Of a DNA stretch of 64,000 nt, positions 1 through 12,704 are shown one piece after another (within the stretch, counting starts at the first letter, position 1; the number at the start of each line of letters is the position of its first letter). Under the pieces are notes generated by a model that worked only from the letters and a program-made list of their open reading frames with translations, was not told where the DNA came from and did not search any database. The position numbers were made by a program, and so were the translations under genes. The DNA is taken from positions 8,122,001 through 8,186,000 of the forward strand of contig JAYWIR010000001.1 in NCBI GenBank assembly GCA_036172245.1. Reading direction: 5' to 3'. The stretch is from Raillietiella orientalis. Its lineage: Eukaryota.

Positions 1-1619
1 AACTGGAAAAATTCTTCAAGAAGCAGGTTTCTGAATGCGATCATCTAAATGGAAAACACGCGTTTCTTTTGTTGGGATCGCACGCTTGCTGAGCACAGGA
101 AGAGTTCGTCAGCAAAACGGCCGAGCGGCAAAGGGTGCGTTGTTCGCCACTAGTCAAGTTCCAGTGGCCGAAAGATGCATGAGGAGAGACTTGGCGGCAA
201 GTGCTGTGAGCAACCCAAAGGTTCGAAGCTCGATGTAGTGAATCATTCTCAAATGACCACTACGTGGGAATATCCGATTTAGCACAGGTGATGGAATCAT
301 CTTACGCGCAGCCTGATCACAGAAAATCCATGTGAGAATGGCACGCAATCCAAGAAGGACAGCAGCGACTTGCCAGCATGCAACTGCATTATCCCGAGCA
401 AAACTGTTGAAGAGATGCTGCTGAGATCGGCGGCATTGCTCCGCATCCCAGGTGGTAGACCACTGCCCAGCTTACATGACACTCATATTCAAAGACCGAA
501 TGTACGCGCTCCCTTCTAGACGAATGTGCAGGCTTCTTACCTAACCCGCTTGCTCCTTGAGGAACTCAGTCGGTAATAAGAATGGCACCGACCGCTGACA
601 GAGGCGACAACGGTGTGCGGGTGATGCAGGCTGCGAATTGATCTACATCACTTGGAGCCCGGACGCCTCAGCTCTCACGTCCTTTCGGAAACCCCTTCTC
701 CTTTCTCATTTGTTTTACCCACGGGAGAGCCACATTCAGAAAAAGCAACAAGGCGACGAATATTTTTCTGCATTTTTCCAGAGGGAACTATTTCCTTTAG
801 GAATCCCCGATCCCACCTGTTGGGACGGATTCTTCTCCTGGAATTGGGACCACTCGAAGGACTCCTGGAATGAGACGGAGATGAGTACTAGGAGTGCTCT
901 GTTTTCACGGTTGCGTACTACCGTGAAGGACGTTGACTCTACAGAAACACTGAGTGCAGAAGGAAGCACGAGGACAAAGCTGCTAGAGAGCGCGCAGGAA
1001 GGCAGCAACTGTTCCTCTACAAATCTCGTCTGAGGAAGCAAGAGGAAGCCGCGACTGTCCTGTCGCCCTTGGCGACACTTGGGGGACCCGTTTCCTGAAC
1101 CTCTTTCCGCTCAAACAACCGGAATAACCTCGAGCATGATGCGATGAAGTCCTGGTTAGGAGCCCTAAAAGTGCGACCAGAGTGCCTCTGTCGGCGGCCT
1201 TTTCTCCTCTTTTATCATCTGGAAGAAGTGGCGCGCATGACCCATCCATGTGGCGCAACCTGGCCGCCACACCGTTTGTTACAGCTGAGGCTGCTACCGT
1301 TGACGACACTTGCCTACAGAAACAGTTGCCGATCGGTTGGTTCGCATTTACCCACATCATATTTACGCACATTGTCCTAACCCTGTGCAGCCTGCAAACG
1401 ACATCTGCTTTTCAATGACCCCTGGGCGCAGAGAAATTCGTTCCAATTTTTGAAAGTCTACGAACAGGCGTCCTGAGGTTCGAGTGATCCTGTTGTCTGA
1501 GGTTGTAGATATACCACTGGAAAACATCCTCTCCGGTTTGGAAGAGCTCTGTCCACATTTTCGTCAGCCACTTGGAGTCGGTGCTCGGGAGGGATTGGCT
1601 TTGCGGGTGGGATTGGCTT

Positions 1620-1980
1620 ACCACATTCGGTTGGTCGATTATCGCTTCATCCACCCCGCAAGGCTAAAGTCCTACTAATAAGAGGGGCAGCAAGAAGATT
1701 ACCAGCCGACTGCATACGCCGAAGATGCAACTATCAGATGGGACATTACTGCACACACTGAATCACTGCGTAATGCTCTTCCCGATGTACATCTCTCGAC
1801 ACCATACACTCATGCTCAAGCTGCAAGATGTTGCCACGAAGGTAGGAGGATGAAAGCTATTATTAGTGGTCCAGAAGGTACCTGGAGTCGACTGCCTGTT
1901 GAGGACGGATCACATACTAGAAAAACATGGAAAGTGGATCATTGCCGACGTTAATTGCCCATTGCTGCATGGTAATTGAC
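1620..1980 (+). mobile_element. Possible retropepsin (LTR element protease) relic
   Basis: MQLSDGT and LLVVQKVPGVDCLLRTDHILEKHG resemble retropepsin C-terminal VV....D.LLG.D.L.K.G; in-frame stop; no intact D(S/T)G. Confidence 0.33.
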
Positions 1981-2384
1981 GTCTCGAAAAGTGCTCTCTT
2001 CACAGCGTTTGTTTTCAAAGCCGGAAAAAAGAAAAGAAGCGTCATGTGCTCTCCCTGACTCTGCGAACATGGATGTTATGAGCAAGTCCAATCGTTCGAG
2101 GATCTGAGGATCTCGCTCTGTTTTCATTTGGGAGTGATGAGCTGACCTTCCTTTTCACAACGCATGGACGCGCAGCAAACTTTCTTTCTTCATAAGTAAT
2201 ACCAATGCATGCACAATTAGGGGCACAAGTTCCTACTTAAGGAACCTACTCCTGAGGTGAGGTGCGCTTTGCGCGGCGAGGACGCGGCCAACGAACTGCG
2301 CGCGACGACGCGCGCGCGCAACTTGCTCAGAAACAACCAAGAATGGAGGACAGCGTCTATCACCTCTTCCTCGACTACGTGGAT

Positions 2385-3150
2385 GATGGGAAATCCTTCT
2401 TTTCTGTCTTCGCAGTTCTTTGACACGATTCCACATCATCCGAGGGTGGGTAATTCTTCGAGATAGGGGGTACCCCGGGAGGGGTCCGCCCTATGAATCC
2501 AGGAAAGACTCGGAGTCCGTTCTTCCCACGCCTGGGGAAGGAATCCCGGAAATCGAGATCACCTCCACCTTGGTTGTCTCCGAAGGGAAATCCAGAAGGG
2601 AATCTCCTTCCTTATTCTCTCCGGAGGGCCCCTGGGGGGTTCCGCTCCGTTCTTTCTTTTCTGAAGGGAACCCGGAAAAAATCCGATCCAAGAATTTCTT
2701 CTCCAGAGGGATCCCCCACAAGGGATCCGCTCCTGTTTACTCCTCTGAAGAGAACTCAGAAGGGACTCTTCCGAAATTCAGGACGCAGCTTCCCCGAAGG
2801 GATCTGCTCGCTTCTCTGTTCTCTCTGGGGAGGCAGTGGCGACACATCTACTCCATCAGTAAGACGCAGAGGGTCTCTTGGAATGGGGGTTCCCGCTCCT
2901 TCACAACCGGAAGGGAGCTCCCACTCCGCGATTCCTGGAAGGACCCGGTGGTCAACTCCCATTTGTTCCAGCCCTCATCGGGAGGCATCCGGTTCTAACC
3001 GCTACCGGTGCCGCACCCGGATGAATGTAGGCCAACCAGCATCATCTATTGGGGTGAACGCGGAATCCACGACCCACTGCGTCGATTCCTTCGGAGTATT
3101 CGAACCCATGACGCATGGTGCCACTGTAACCACACGGCCTCCGACTCGAG
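2385..3150 (-). mobile_element. tRNA-derived SINE-like element copy
   Basis: Colinear with 49300-49994; B-box at 3096-3107; same 3' terminus (plus-strand gatgggaaatcctt). Confidence 0.8.
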
Positions 3151-3159
3151 AAAAAGGAA

Positions 3160-4100
3160 CTGTGTACAAAAGAGGTAAATCCAGGTAGAGTGGGAAGGAC
3201 CGTTTCCGTCTGGAATTTGAGCTCTGCCTGCGCGACCAGAAACTTCCATCCAAGGCGTGAAGTCTCTCGGAAAACATATCGACCCTCCCAGGAGTAGCGA
3301 AACACATCCGCAGATTCCTGAGAGGTTTAATCGTCGAGAACCTCGCGGACTGCGATCGTTTCCAACGCTAGGTCCGCGGTTCTGTGATCGGTTTCCTCTG
3401 GACACCCTCCCTACGGGATTCGGGGGACGGGGATCCGTAACGAGAGGACACCATTCCACGCCCTACGTTACGCGAAGACCTCCAAGGTCCGTCGTCTCGC
3501 CGTACGAAGCCGGGACCGAGCGACAATCGCAGCAGTTCGAGTCGCCCAGTTTCCTCGACGACCAGGGCGGGACATACTCGCCCCCGGGTACGATAATGTA
3601 CTTGTTCTTCGCCAGCACATGGTTTCATGTTCGAAAAGAAAAAGGAAAAAATTATCGATTTGAAGACGTCCGCTGGACAGGGAGGGGACAGCCGGGCTGA
3701 AAAGGAAGCCCTAGCGACCACAGTCGTTCTGAATGAAGCGTTCGACCGCGTGGATCAGGAGCTTCTTCTAAAGCTCCTGAAACGCATGGACTTTCCGGCC
3801 TCCTTATGGCTTACATGCGCTTCTGCTGAGGCGACGCGTCGATCAATGTCCTTTTCAGGGGACAAAACGTGTACGGCATGCCGTTGAGGAGCGGCATCAG
3901 GCAGAGCGACAGCCTGGACTGCGTGCTCTTCAGCACCTATGTTGAGTTGGCGCAGAGGGCAGACGGGGCGACTCTGGCAGCCCTGCTGAGCTCGTGCGTC
4001 GGTTCGCCTGCCGTGTTGGCACATGCCGACGATGTTTTGCTTCCACTACCCATGCCCACTTTGTCGTCAGCACTCGAGGGCTTTTTCAGCTGTTAAACCG
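3160..4100 (+). mobile_element. L1/Tx1 RT fragment
   Basis: EAFDRVDQELLLKLLKRMDFP, SGIRQSDSL, AHADDVLL. The 5' boundary is approximate. Confidence 0.82.
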
Positions 4101-4239
4101 CAGGACAGGACTGAGTTTTCCTCCAGGTGCGTCGAGTCGTTTATTTTAATAAGAACGAACACTTACTAAAGATTGTGGTTGCACAGTTGATCCAAACACG
4201 TGCGTTTGAGTGAAGGTCTACTGACTCATCGGTTCGCAG

Positions 4240-5100
4240 AAAGGTGAGGTCTTCCAAGGCAGCAGATGGAAGGGAGAAAGAAAAAAAAAGCACAGAAAAA
4301 AATAAATACACAAACAACTTTGAGAACTGTCGAAATGGATCACTTACTGCTAACGGCGGCCCTCTGCATCCTATTCAGGATACCGGCAAGCTTTTCTGTA
4401 AGCTTTTGTTCAGGTGGGGTTTTCTCGTTGCCATCTTTATGAATCGAGTGTTAAAGTGGTTGGCATCTCCGTCGCTGTGCCTTCCGCTTGAGTGGTTCCA
4501 GGTAGCGACGATCCCGAGTAAGCAGCAGAGAGCTGCTAGCGTGGCTGCCGGCAGATATGAGTCGGGAATGAGGAGCAGTTTAAAGTGTCCATGCAGCTGC
4601 CGCCGGAGGATCTCAGGGTCTCAGCGAAGCGCCTCTAGAGAAATCGGAGAGCAATACAACCCGCAAGTAGCTTTGGGAAGGATTCGCGTTGCCCACACCT
4701 GCCACAGGTGAGGTCAGCATCCTCCCGCGTCCAATGATGCCCACGGACGTTGCGAGGGAGGCTCCACCACAAAAGCAGCGGCACAGATTCCCGCCAATTC
4801 GAGGGAAGAGGGTGAATGTCCATAAGCACTGTGGGACACTCCAGATCTTCCACCGGAAGTTCCCGAACTCGCTACAGCGCAAAAGTCCAGGTGAGGGAAC
4901 GTTTGGGGTCGCAGTGTCCGTGAGCCGCCGTCCACTTGCCCAGTCCTTTTCGCCTTTCAAAGATGCCCACAGTAACCTTTCATTTCGCCGTAATGCTGCT
5001 GAACAACAGCTCCCTGAGGGAGTATAGCGCCGCGGCGAGTGAGGTTCTTCCTGCCCACGCACTCTTCATGAGATTTTCTAGGATCTTCCGAAGCGCTCAC
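4240..5100 (-). mobile_element. L1/Tx1 3' fragment, old
   Basis: Minus-strand LTDTATP..GLLR..VPQCLWTFTLFP parallels the family ORF2 C-terminus (compare 11680-11830); T-rich tail on the minus strand at 4270-4320. Confidence 0.6.
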
Positions 5101-5224
5101 TTGCTGTGAAAACAGAACAGCAAGCGCAGCGCTTCTTTTAGGAAAAGCGTGTTCTGTTGAGTGATGCCTTTCGGAGGATTCATTTCTTCGCACCTACCTG
5201 CATGAATTTGTTTCGAATGCATAC

Positions 5225-5620
5225 ACAGATAGAAAGCAATAGGAACCTGAAGAAGAGAAAAAAAAGATAGGAAGACGAGAAGAAAAAAGGAAAAGCTTCG
5301 TGTGTGACATGAGTGAAAGAAGAGGAGATGAAAGAGAGAGCAAACAGCAAATCGGATGAGAAAAAAGCTTGAGCGACACAAAGGTGGAACACTGGGCTGA
5401 TTAGGGGTGAAAGAGTAGGTAGACCGAGGAAAAAGCAAAAAACTTAGTGGGAACGGTCTCGGGGCTAACATCTCGGTAGAAAACGGAAATGAAGCCGAAG
5501 AAAATCCAGGGAGCAAAGAAAGACAAGGATGGCAAGGAGGAACGAAGAAGGAGGACACAGGGAACAGCAGGAATCGAAGAAATAGAAGGCAGGAAACGGG
5601 TGTGTATTTCCGATGTAGGT
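5225..5620. repeat. Purine-rich (GA) low-complexity tract
   Basis: Strong A/G skew that produces F/S/L-rich spurious minus-strand ORFs. Confidence 0.6.
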
Positions 5621-6239
5621 GCAGAAGGCATGAACAAGGTAAGAGTAAAGGGGATGCACGCGCACGAAGATGCGAGGCATGCGTTTTCGATGCCCGCCAG
5701 AGTGAAGCTGTAGATTTTCGTGTGAACATGAAGAGTAGCGTACATCCAGAGGAAACTAAAATGAAGGTACGTGCACTGCGTGTAGCTTGACGGATACCTG
5801 ACTGTACATTAGTATGCCAGTCTCTTCTTACACGCCTCTCCGGAGTAACTTAGCATCTTGCACACTCCTTCCCCACTTCACAGTGCATTCGCCGCGTACA
5901 AAAAAAATTGCTTGCACGTAGTTATGGGAATGCACATCGAAGAGATTGTCCAGAGGCAAACACGCAAGGTACTCGTGGATGTTCACGAAATTAGGAGTGC
6001 CCGGCCAACCAGAGTTCCTGCTTCCAATCGGAGATACAAGAAAAACTCTCAAGACGTGCTGTGGTTTCTTCTGTTGCCATGAATCCTGAGGTTTTTTACG
6101 GAGAAACAGATTGGATTCCAAAAACGGAGGTGCGTATTGCGAGCACCCCGAAAGGAAAACGTGCGAGCCGTATGTTTGCATTCATCCCCATGGCATCGTT
6201 GGTAATAACGTCTGAACGAGTTTTCGGACTGACGGATTC

Positions 6240-7450
6240 CCACTCAAATTGACGAATACGTGCCAATGTTTTCCGTGAAGAAAGGAACAGCCAAGGGAAA
6301 GATGTGAAGACGCCAGCACACGCAGGTACGCTGGATGCAATCGCATGCATTTGGGGACACCATCATCAGAAAACACGCGAAGACAGAAATCCTCAAACGA
6401 GGTCGGCTGCAAATCCTTCGAACCCTTCCCAGCCCTGAAAAAACATTCCGTAAGAGCGTTCCATTTGCTGATGGCAGGCCAAGGCACCGATGGGAAGGTG
6501 GAGGACGAGGACCACGTCGAGGTGCCAAAACGGGAAGAAGCAGGAAGAAAGGAAGGGATGAACGAAAGAAGCAAACAGAGGCGAAGAAACGTAGTAAGGG
6601 GACATGGAAGGGAGCATGACAGGAGCATGCAAAGACGTTTGTCATGCTAGGAGGACGACGGTGTGGAAGAGTTCTTGGTGGAAAAAATTCCGCGTGCAGA
6701 AAAAAAAAGACGACCGTATAAACACAAAAGGAAATCAAGGAGGGGTAAAAGAAGACGACTAAAAGACCAGAGGACAATCGCAGAGGATTGCATTGCCAGG
6801 AGCTGTTGCTTCTGTGGCCGTTCTTGTGTTTCCTCCTGGGAACGCTTCGGCTTCTTCAGCAAATTCGGTCTTGAGCAAGGGTCACGCTCCGAGTCTGCAA
6901 GGCGTCACCTGGCTACTGTGGTTCTTAGGATGCAATCAAAGTTTCCTTGGTTACCTTTGATAACAAACAAACAGGAAGAGAATTTTCTTTCCGTGTTAGT
7001 TGCATCATTCAACGCGTCTCTCTATCCTCCCGTGACACGGGAGATAGAGAGATGGCATCGCGGCGAGCGTTATTTCTCTGCGGGGTGGGAGTGGCGACCG
7101 CCGCCTGGATCTGGCGCGAGGAGGTAAGTGGTTCCTGAGGTTAAACCGATGCGTTTCATGAATCAATTTTCCATTCGAGATCGGGATCACTGTCTCTGCG
7201 TTCTTGAGAAGAATGCGGCCGGAGGACAGTGCAACGGAGGAGGAGCATGGCTGCATGCTGTGGGGGGCAGCAGCAGCTGGAGCTCTATCCTTCTGGACCA
7301 ACTAGATTGTCTGCAGAGGTCTACAGAGCCTCCGTTCCGGCTCATCAAGGCTGTCAAGAAGACAGCTTGGAAAACGGAAGGTACGGTTGTTTTTTTCAGA
7401 GGAAGACAGACCGACAGGAGACGTTGAAGCGATAGGAGTTTCCAGCAGGG
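6240..7450 (-). mobile_element. Second copy of the same diverged repeat
   Basis: LHAVGGSSSWSSILLDQL..TEPPFRL versus LHAVGGSSSRSSILPDQL..TEPPFRL; CIQRTC shared; same order of blocks. Confidence 0.55.
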
Positions 7451-8039
7451 GCGGAAGGGCAGCCGTTCCGAAGGAATAAATAAAGATTTCCTGCTACTTC
7501 TGGTCTCTTTGGGAAGTTGCTGGAGGGGAAAGCGGGACGAGGAGGAGGAAGGCAGCTTGTACCTTTGCAGCGAGCGATGTTCCCGCACAAGACCCCAGAT
7601 GGTATGCAGTGTCGTACTGTGGTAAGGGATCGCGCGGGAAGCACCGAATCACTCGGGCAGGGAGGACGAAGCGGACGAACAAAATGGGCAGTGAACGGAA
7701 ATACTGTAGGACGGCTGGAGGCAGAAGAGCTGAAGATGGCGGTATGTGAGGAGGAGGGTGAGGGAGAAAGGAAAAAGGAAAAAAAAAGGGAGGAAAACGA
7801 GGAAAGGAGCAGTTGCCGGTGAACGGCAGATGGGAAGCACTGGGGAAGCAAAAAGCAGTGTGAATGAAAGAAAGAGAGGAAGATCGTCCCAGCTAGGGCC
7901 TTTTCTTGCCGGAATGAAATCCCAAAAATTCGGGAACAAAAGGAAAAACTTCAGAAAGAACGAGATTATCTTTACATCTTTATTATTTCGATGTTTGGCA
8001 CAATGTGTGTCTGAATTTTTTTCTTTTCTACTGTAATTC

Positions 8040-8520
8040 TAATATGTATGTATGTATTGATATTAATATCTATGAATTCTTTGACAACGGTACCTTTTTC
8101 TTCACATCTAAAGATCAATATTTCTATGTAAGAAGCAATATGGTAAATTTTAGCGTCAATGTATTTATGGATATTCAGACTTACACGTAGATAAACTTTT
8201 AATTATTCCTAAACATACTCAGGAGGGCGATGAAAAGAAATCCGTTGCTCGGTATTATGGAGTAGCTTCCTTGTACCGATTTACGTGAGAAATGAGGAAT
8301 TGTGACCATTTGTTTCGTTACACCGAGTCCTTGATTCTTTTCATCATTTCTGTTTTGTTATGAGGACTTCAACGTGCATAAGAATCAAGATCATGTGGAG
8401 CCCATCAATGTATCTGAACAGGCGTATCAGCATCTCGATTTGTGCTCTCTTCATCCCATAGGAACACATGTTCGTGCGCATATGCATCAGAAGACACCAT
8501 GAATCTAAAAGTGCATCTCC
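8040..8520 (+). mobile_element. Penelope-like element RT relic
   Basis: Ordered remnants FFFTSKDQYFY..VNVFMD, LHVDKLLII, YRFT*EMRN, QHLDLCSLHP parallel PLE YF.F....Y.Q..ANIFM, RYVDD..I, I.FT.E.E, YL...S.HP. AT-rich island. Confidence 0.5.
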
Positions 8521-10229
8521 ATGTTTCCTGATCTCCGAGTGGAACGTGCTTGATCCCACATCCCCAAGCATCCACCTTTGATTCATAACGAAGACAGCAG
8601 CAATTCAGTCATAGATCGATGTGTCGGTGATTCAGTTGAACGTGTTGTCACGTATGCTGACCGTGTCGCTCTGCAGGCAAAAACGCTTATTCAAAAATAC
8701 ACTCTGATGTGAATAAAGCATGAAGAATTTTGTTAGTCATGGGCTTCCTTACGCTGGAGCGGATGGAGCTTCAGCTCCAGATCAGAAGACCGAAGTGAAT
8801 CCTGTACTCCTGAAATTGACCAGGTCGATCGTGTAAAGCAACCGAAGCTGTCGCTGTTGACCAGTATACAGAGAAGGCTGAGACATCTTCAAGGGTCTTG
8901 TCGTTCTCCGTGATAAGGTATATGGGATGGGCTGTCTTATGTAGTTTTTCAACATTTCTCCTGCATGCAGCTTCCTACGTCCTTCGAGCTTTTGCTATTG
9001 ATTCTCGGTTTCTGATACCCAAGGACTGTTGCTTTTATGCACTGGGCACACTGGAGCGGCCAGCACTTGCAAAGCAGCTGCATTGCCACGCATCGGAGGT
9101 GCGCGTGCGTGGAGAGGGTGGGGTGACGCCGCGGGTGCCCCCTGCGACTTGCTGGCCGCTAGTTAGCGGGTCTTTGCTGCACGAGGCACCGCTCCGGAGT
9201 CAACTCGCTGTGGGAAATCTAATTCTCCACCTCATCCATCTCGGGTTCGCTGCCTTCCGGATATCTGAAGGTTTTTTTACTTTCCTTTTAAATAATAAGG
9301 AAGACAAGCTTGGGAGGCTGCAACCGCAGGGCCCCGTGTACAGAAGTCGGTGGAATTCCGGCGTTACTGCCAGTTCGAATGAGGGTCTTTGCCCTTCTTG
9401 GAATACAGGCTGCCCAGTGAAATCGCCAAAGCAACACTGAATTCCAACCATCGCCTTGGTCCCAAGAGCTTTGGAAATGGTTGAATCAAGCAGCGTACAG
9501 CTTTCCTGTTTCCTAAAGAGAGCTAAAACACAACCCGTGCTTGAAGAAACGGAATTTCCAAGGAGAGTGCACACGCTCCAGTCTGCACGTCGGAACTGAC
9601 AGACGATCTCCGCAACTCTCGAAAGAGAACTTCCGTATTTGTCTTCGTTTTTCTTCGATCCTTTTCCTCCATTGCCCAGGGATCCCACTGCAATGCCTCG
9701 ACCCTCCGACTCTACCACCTGCGACTGCCGCACCGCGAACCCTCACGCGACTTACGGATGCGCGCCGCACCCCCTCCATCAGCAGATGGCCAACGGCCGA
9801 CTCGCGAACCGCGGAGTGCCGCAGTCTGCCGTTACCAAAGGTGGCAGAGCTCCTTCTGGTGGGCGAGGAGCTTGGGGTAATCGGCGTGCCAATCGTGGCC
9901 ATTTGGGCGACTTCTTCAGTTGCTTAGCACGCGAGCGTAGCGAGCATGGGAAGTTAGACGAAGCGTCCATTCAGTTTGCTCAGCGATACGATAGCGAGCG
10001 CGCACGAACGAGATCGGAGCCACGCTCCCAGAGGGCAACGGAGAGGACGGGCACGGGCTCCCACTCCATCGTCCGGCACGCCGCACGTCGTTTTCACCTC
10101 TGTCTTCCCGCTCGACCACCAAGCAGCGACCGCTGGCAGGCGGCGTGCGAAGCAGGCAGGACGGCGCAGGCGCGCCCGCAGCGGCGGCAGCGGACGGCGT
10201 GACGTCACCGCCGGGCGCCACCGTCAACC

Positions 10230-12569
10230 CTTCGCTTCCCGGAGCGTCTCTTGCTCCACTTGTGCGCTTGTTGGCGCCACGCGCTAACCTGCGTCACTTT
10301 CAGGGGCTGCCATGTTTACGGTATTCCCGTGAGTAGGGGCATCCGACAAGGCGATAGCTTAAGTCCGCTGCTCTTCAGCATCATCTTCGAGTTGGTGCTG
10401 AGAGCGCACAGGCTGAAGCTGGCTCACCTGTCAATCTCCTGCCCAGTAACGCCTGCCGTGTATGCCTTCGCAGACGACCTGCTTCTTCTTTTACCCATGT
10501 CCACCCCGCCGTCCAGTCTCGAGGATTTCTTCGAACCGATTCGTCGTGGAGTGGGTGTGAGCGTAAACCAGACGAAGAGTATGGTGGTTCCGGTAAGTGC
10601 GTCGTGGGAGGGGCAGTCCGACTGGCTACGACTGGGGATCCGCACGGGAAGGTACTTCAACTACCTTATCGTTCCGTTGGGCGCATTCGGCGCAGCCGAA
10701 GCGTGGTCGGGCTGCCTTCAAAAGGCAGAGTTGGCCCTTAGTCCGTTCCCTCATGGGAAGTTCACCTTGCCGGAACGGGCAGTGATCTAGAATACCTTTA
10801 TGCCCTCCCTCCTCCGCCCCTTGTTTTTGGTTTGTCCACTTCTCTAGGAAACGAAGCGGCGCGCTCAGCGGTTGCTAATGAACGCTCTCTGGAAAGCGGC
10901 GAGGTCTAGGATTCGCCTTAAGGACTTGGCGGCTGCACATCGGGATGCTGAATTGGGCATCCTGACAATGGAACGAATGGAGCTGCAGATGCAGCTCCGA
11001 CTGCTGGCACTGTGTGCCCAGCTGTGGACATCCACGTTGTGTGCGCCCGCTCGCATCCTCCTGCACAGATGTGCCTTAAGCAAAGGACTGCTCTCGCTAG
11101 TGCCCAGCACGCGATACAGGATGCGGCGTTTCGGCTTCTCAGTGAGGCATCTCGCCTCACTAGTGGAAGCCCGCTCTTGGATCTCCTGCTGCTTAATAAC
11201 TACAACGCTTGGCCGAAGGAGAATGTTGAGTCCTTGGCTGCGTTCCAGGTGATGCGCAATGAAGTTCTTTGCCCCATGCAACATCTTCTACCACCACCTC
11301 TCGGAGAGGTTTTCCACACGGATAATCCAAGGCTTTTACTTTTAAAGTTCTACATAATTTGTTATATTAACATTTCGTCTTTTGGGCATTGCTTCTTGCA
11401 GAACACGTGGTTCTGGCAGTGTTTTTTCACTTGTCCTTACCGACCCACTGGCCGGTGTGGTACCCCCCACGGGCGAAAGAGACGGGAAAACGAAAAGGGA
11501 AAAAAAAAAGGGGAGAGGTAATGCAGGACTCCGTGGAGTTTTCAACCTTGTCCGTCACACCCCTCATCACAACGCTGCTGCCCTCAGGGCAAGAAAAGAC
11601 AGATGCCTAACGGCGAGGTGGGAGGTTTCCTGCACCACTGCGGGAAAAAGAAACCTCCTCTACGACTGGAAGACAAGCGAATTGGCGGAAACTGCTACTC
11701 CTCGTGGCAAAGGGACTCCTTCAATGGGCAAGAGACCTTAGTGTTACCCGCAAGAAACAAGTGGTCCCTGCCTATTGTGTAGACGGCTCGCTGTTCCCTC
11801 TTGCTTGGAAACAAGCCGTACCGCTCTGCCCTTACTGGGGATTCCAGTGCAACGAGCGATGGCAACGTGTTTCTGGAGGGAACTGTGGAAGATGCGGGCG
11901 ACGGAGTCGATCCCACACCTTTTCATCGACTGCAGTATACTCCAAAGACTCTGGCGAAAGCTGACAACAGCACTCTCGCATCGGACGGATAGCGCAAGGG
12001 ACTTGCCCGCGCCGGTTCTTCGTGCCGAGCGGACTGTCGAGAAGCGCAGTGATTGCATCCATGGATTGCATCCGCGCCATCTTTTCTGCCCGACAGGCGC
12101 TGATGATCAACGGTCAGCGGCAGAAGATCATCATGGAGGCTGACACCTACATCAAGGCGGCTGCCAGATGGTCTCATCTGCAGATGAGATCAAAGCGGAG
12201 ATCACCGACATCCACCCCCGGTTTACAGACGGTTTGCAACGGCGAACCCGCTGATCCTTGTCCCCACGCTCCCTATATTTATTTATTTTGTGTCTGAACA
12301 TTCGTTCCCTCAGGATCCTTGACTTTTTGGTGCTTTTTGTTTTTCCCCGTTGAAAACGAAACTCCACCAAAGATCGCTTCCCAAGGCTGCCCTCCCGTTT
12401 TCTTATAGCTTTGTGTTGCTGTCCCTTTGTCCTCCTCCAGCCCGTTTCGAACTGTTCGTTTCCACGGTCTGCATGCCGGTGGCTCTTCTTCTTTTCCGTT
12501 GTTTCGATGGTTGGCGACTTTGTCCTCGATTGGTTCACAAATGAACGCCCAAGCGTGACTGGCTGATCA
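10230..12569 (+). mobile_element. L1/Tx1-type LINE, RT to 3' end, decayed
   Basis: RT motifs GIRQGDSLSPLLF, YAFADDLLL, VNQTKS, YL(G)VPL; then RDAELGIL and ESIPHLFIDC. An unrelated insert of about 190 bp lies near 11333-11518. Confidence 0.92.
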
Positions 12570-12700
12570 TCTTGTTGAAATGCACACCTTCCAGAGCCAC
12601 AGTCTCGTGATCCACTCATTTGCCTGCATAGATAGTTCTCGTTCCCAATCATCTTGCTGAATGCCTAGTAAGAACCACATTGACTATGTTCCTCAGCTGG
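11750..12700. repeat. Inverted duplication (about 950 bp) of 31000-31950: LINE 3' end plus cathepsin L flank
   Basis: Mirror ORFs with coordinate sum 43700 (for example 12022-12297 / 31403-31678); apparently identical from 11788 to 12615, mismatched at both edges. Confidence 0.95.
12570..12700 (-). pseudogene. CTSL: Short duplicate fragment of cathepsin L pseudogene (active-site Cys region)
   Basis: Minus strand reads PAEEHSQCGSY*AFS...TVALEGVHFNK, with the same TAC-TAG lesion and the same LINE junction as 31000-31130. Confidence 0.8.
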
Positions 12701-12704
12701 CTAA

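Noticed and set aside
1-600. Possible short-intron host gene end (LEKFFKKQ / EEFVSKTAERQR / ...)
   Set aside because: Splice-like sites exist, but I found no consistent model or recognisable protein; it may be retroelement debris.
2560-2950. CRISPR-like or regular tandem array in the GAAGGGAACCC-rich segments
   Set aside because: Units are degenerate and irregularly spaced, the context is eukaryotic and there are no cas genes; explained as SINE body.
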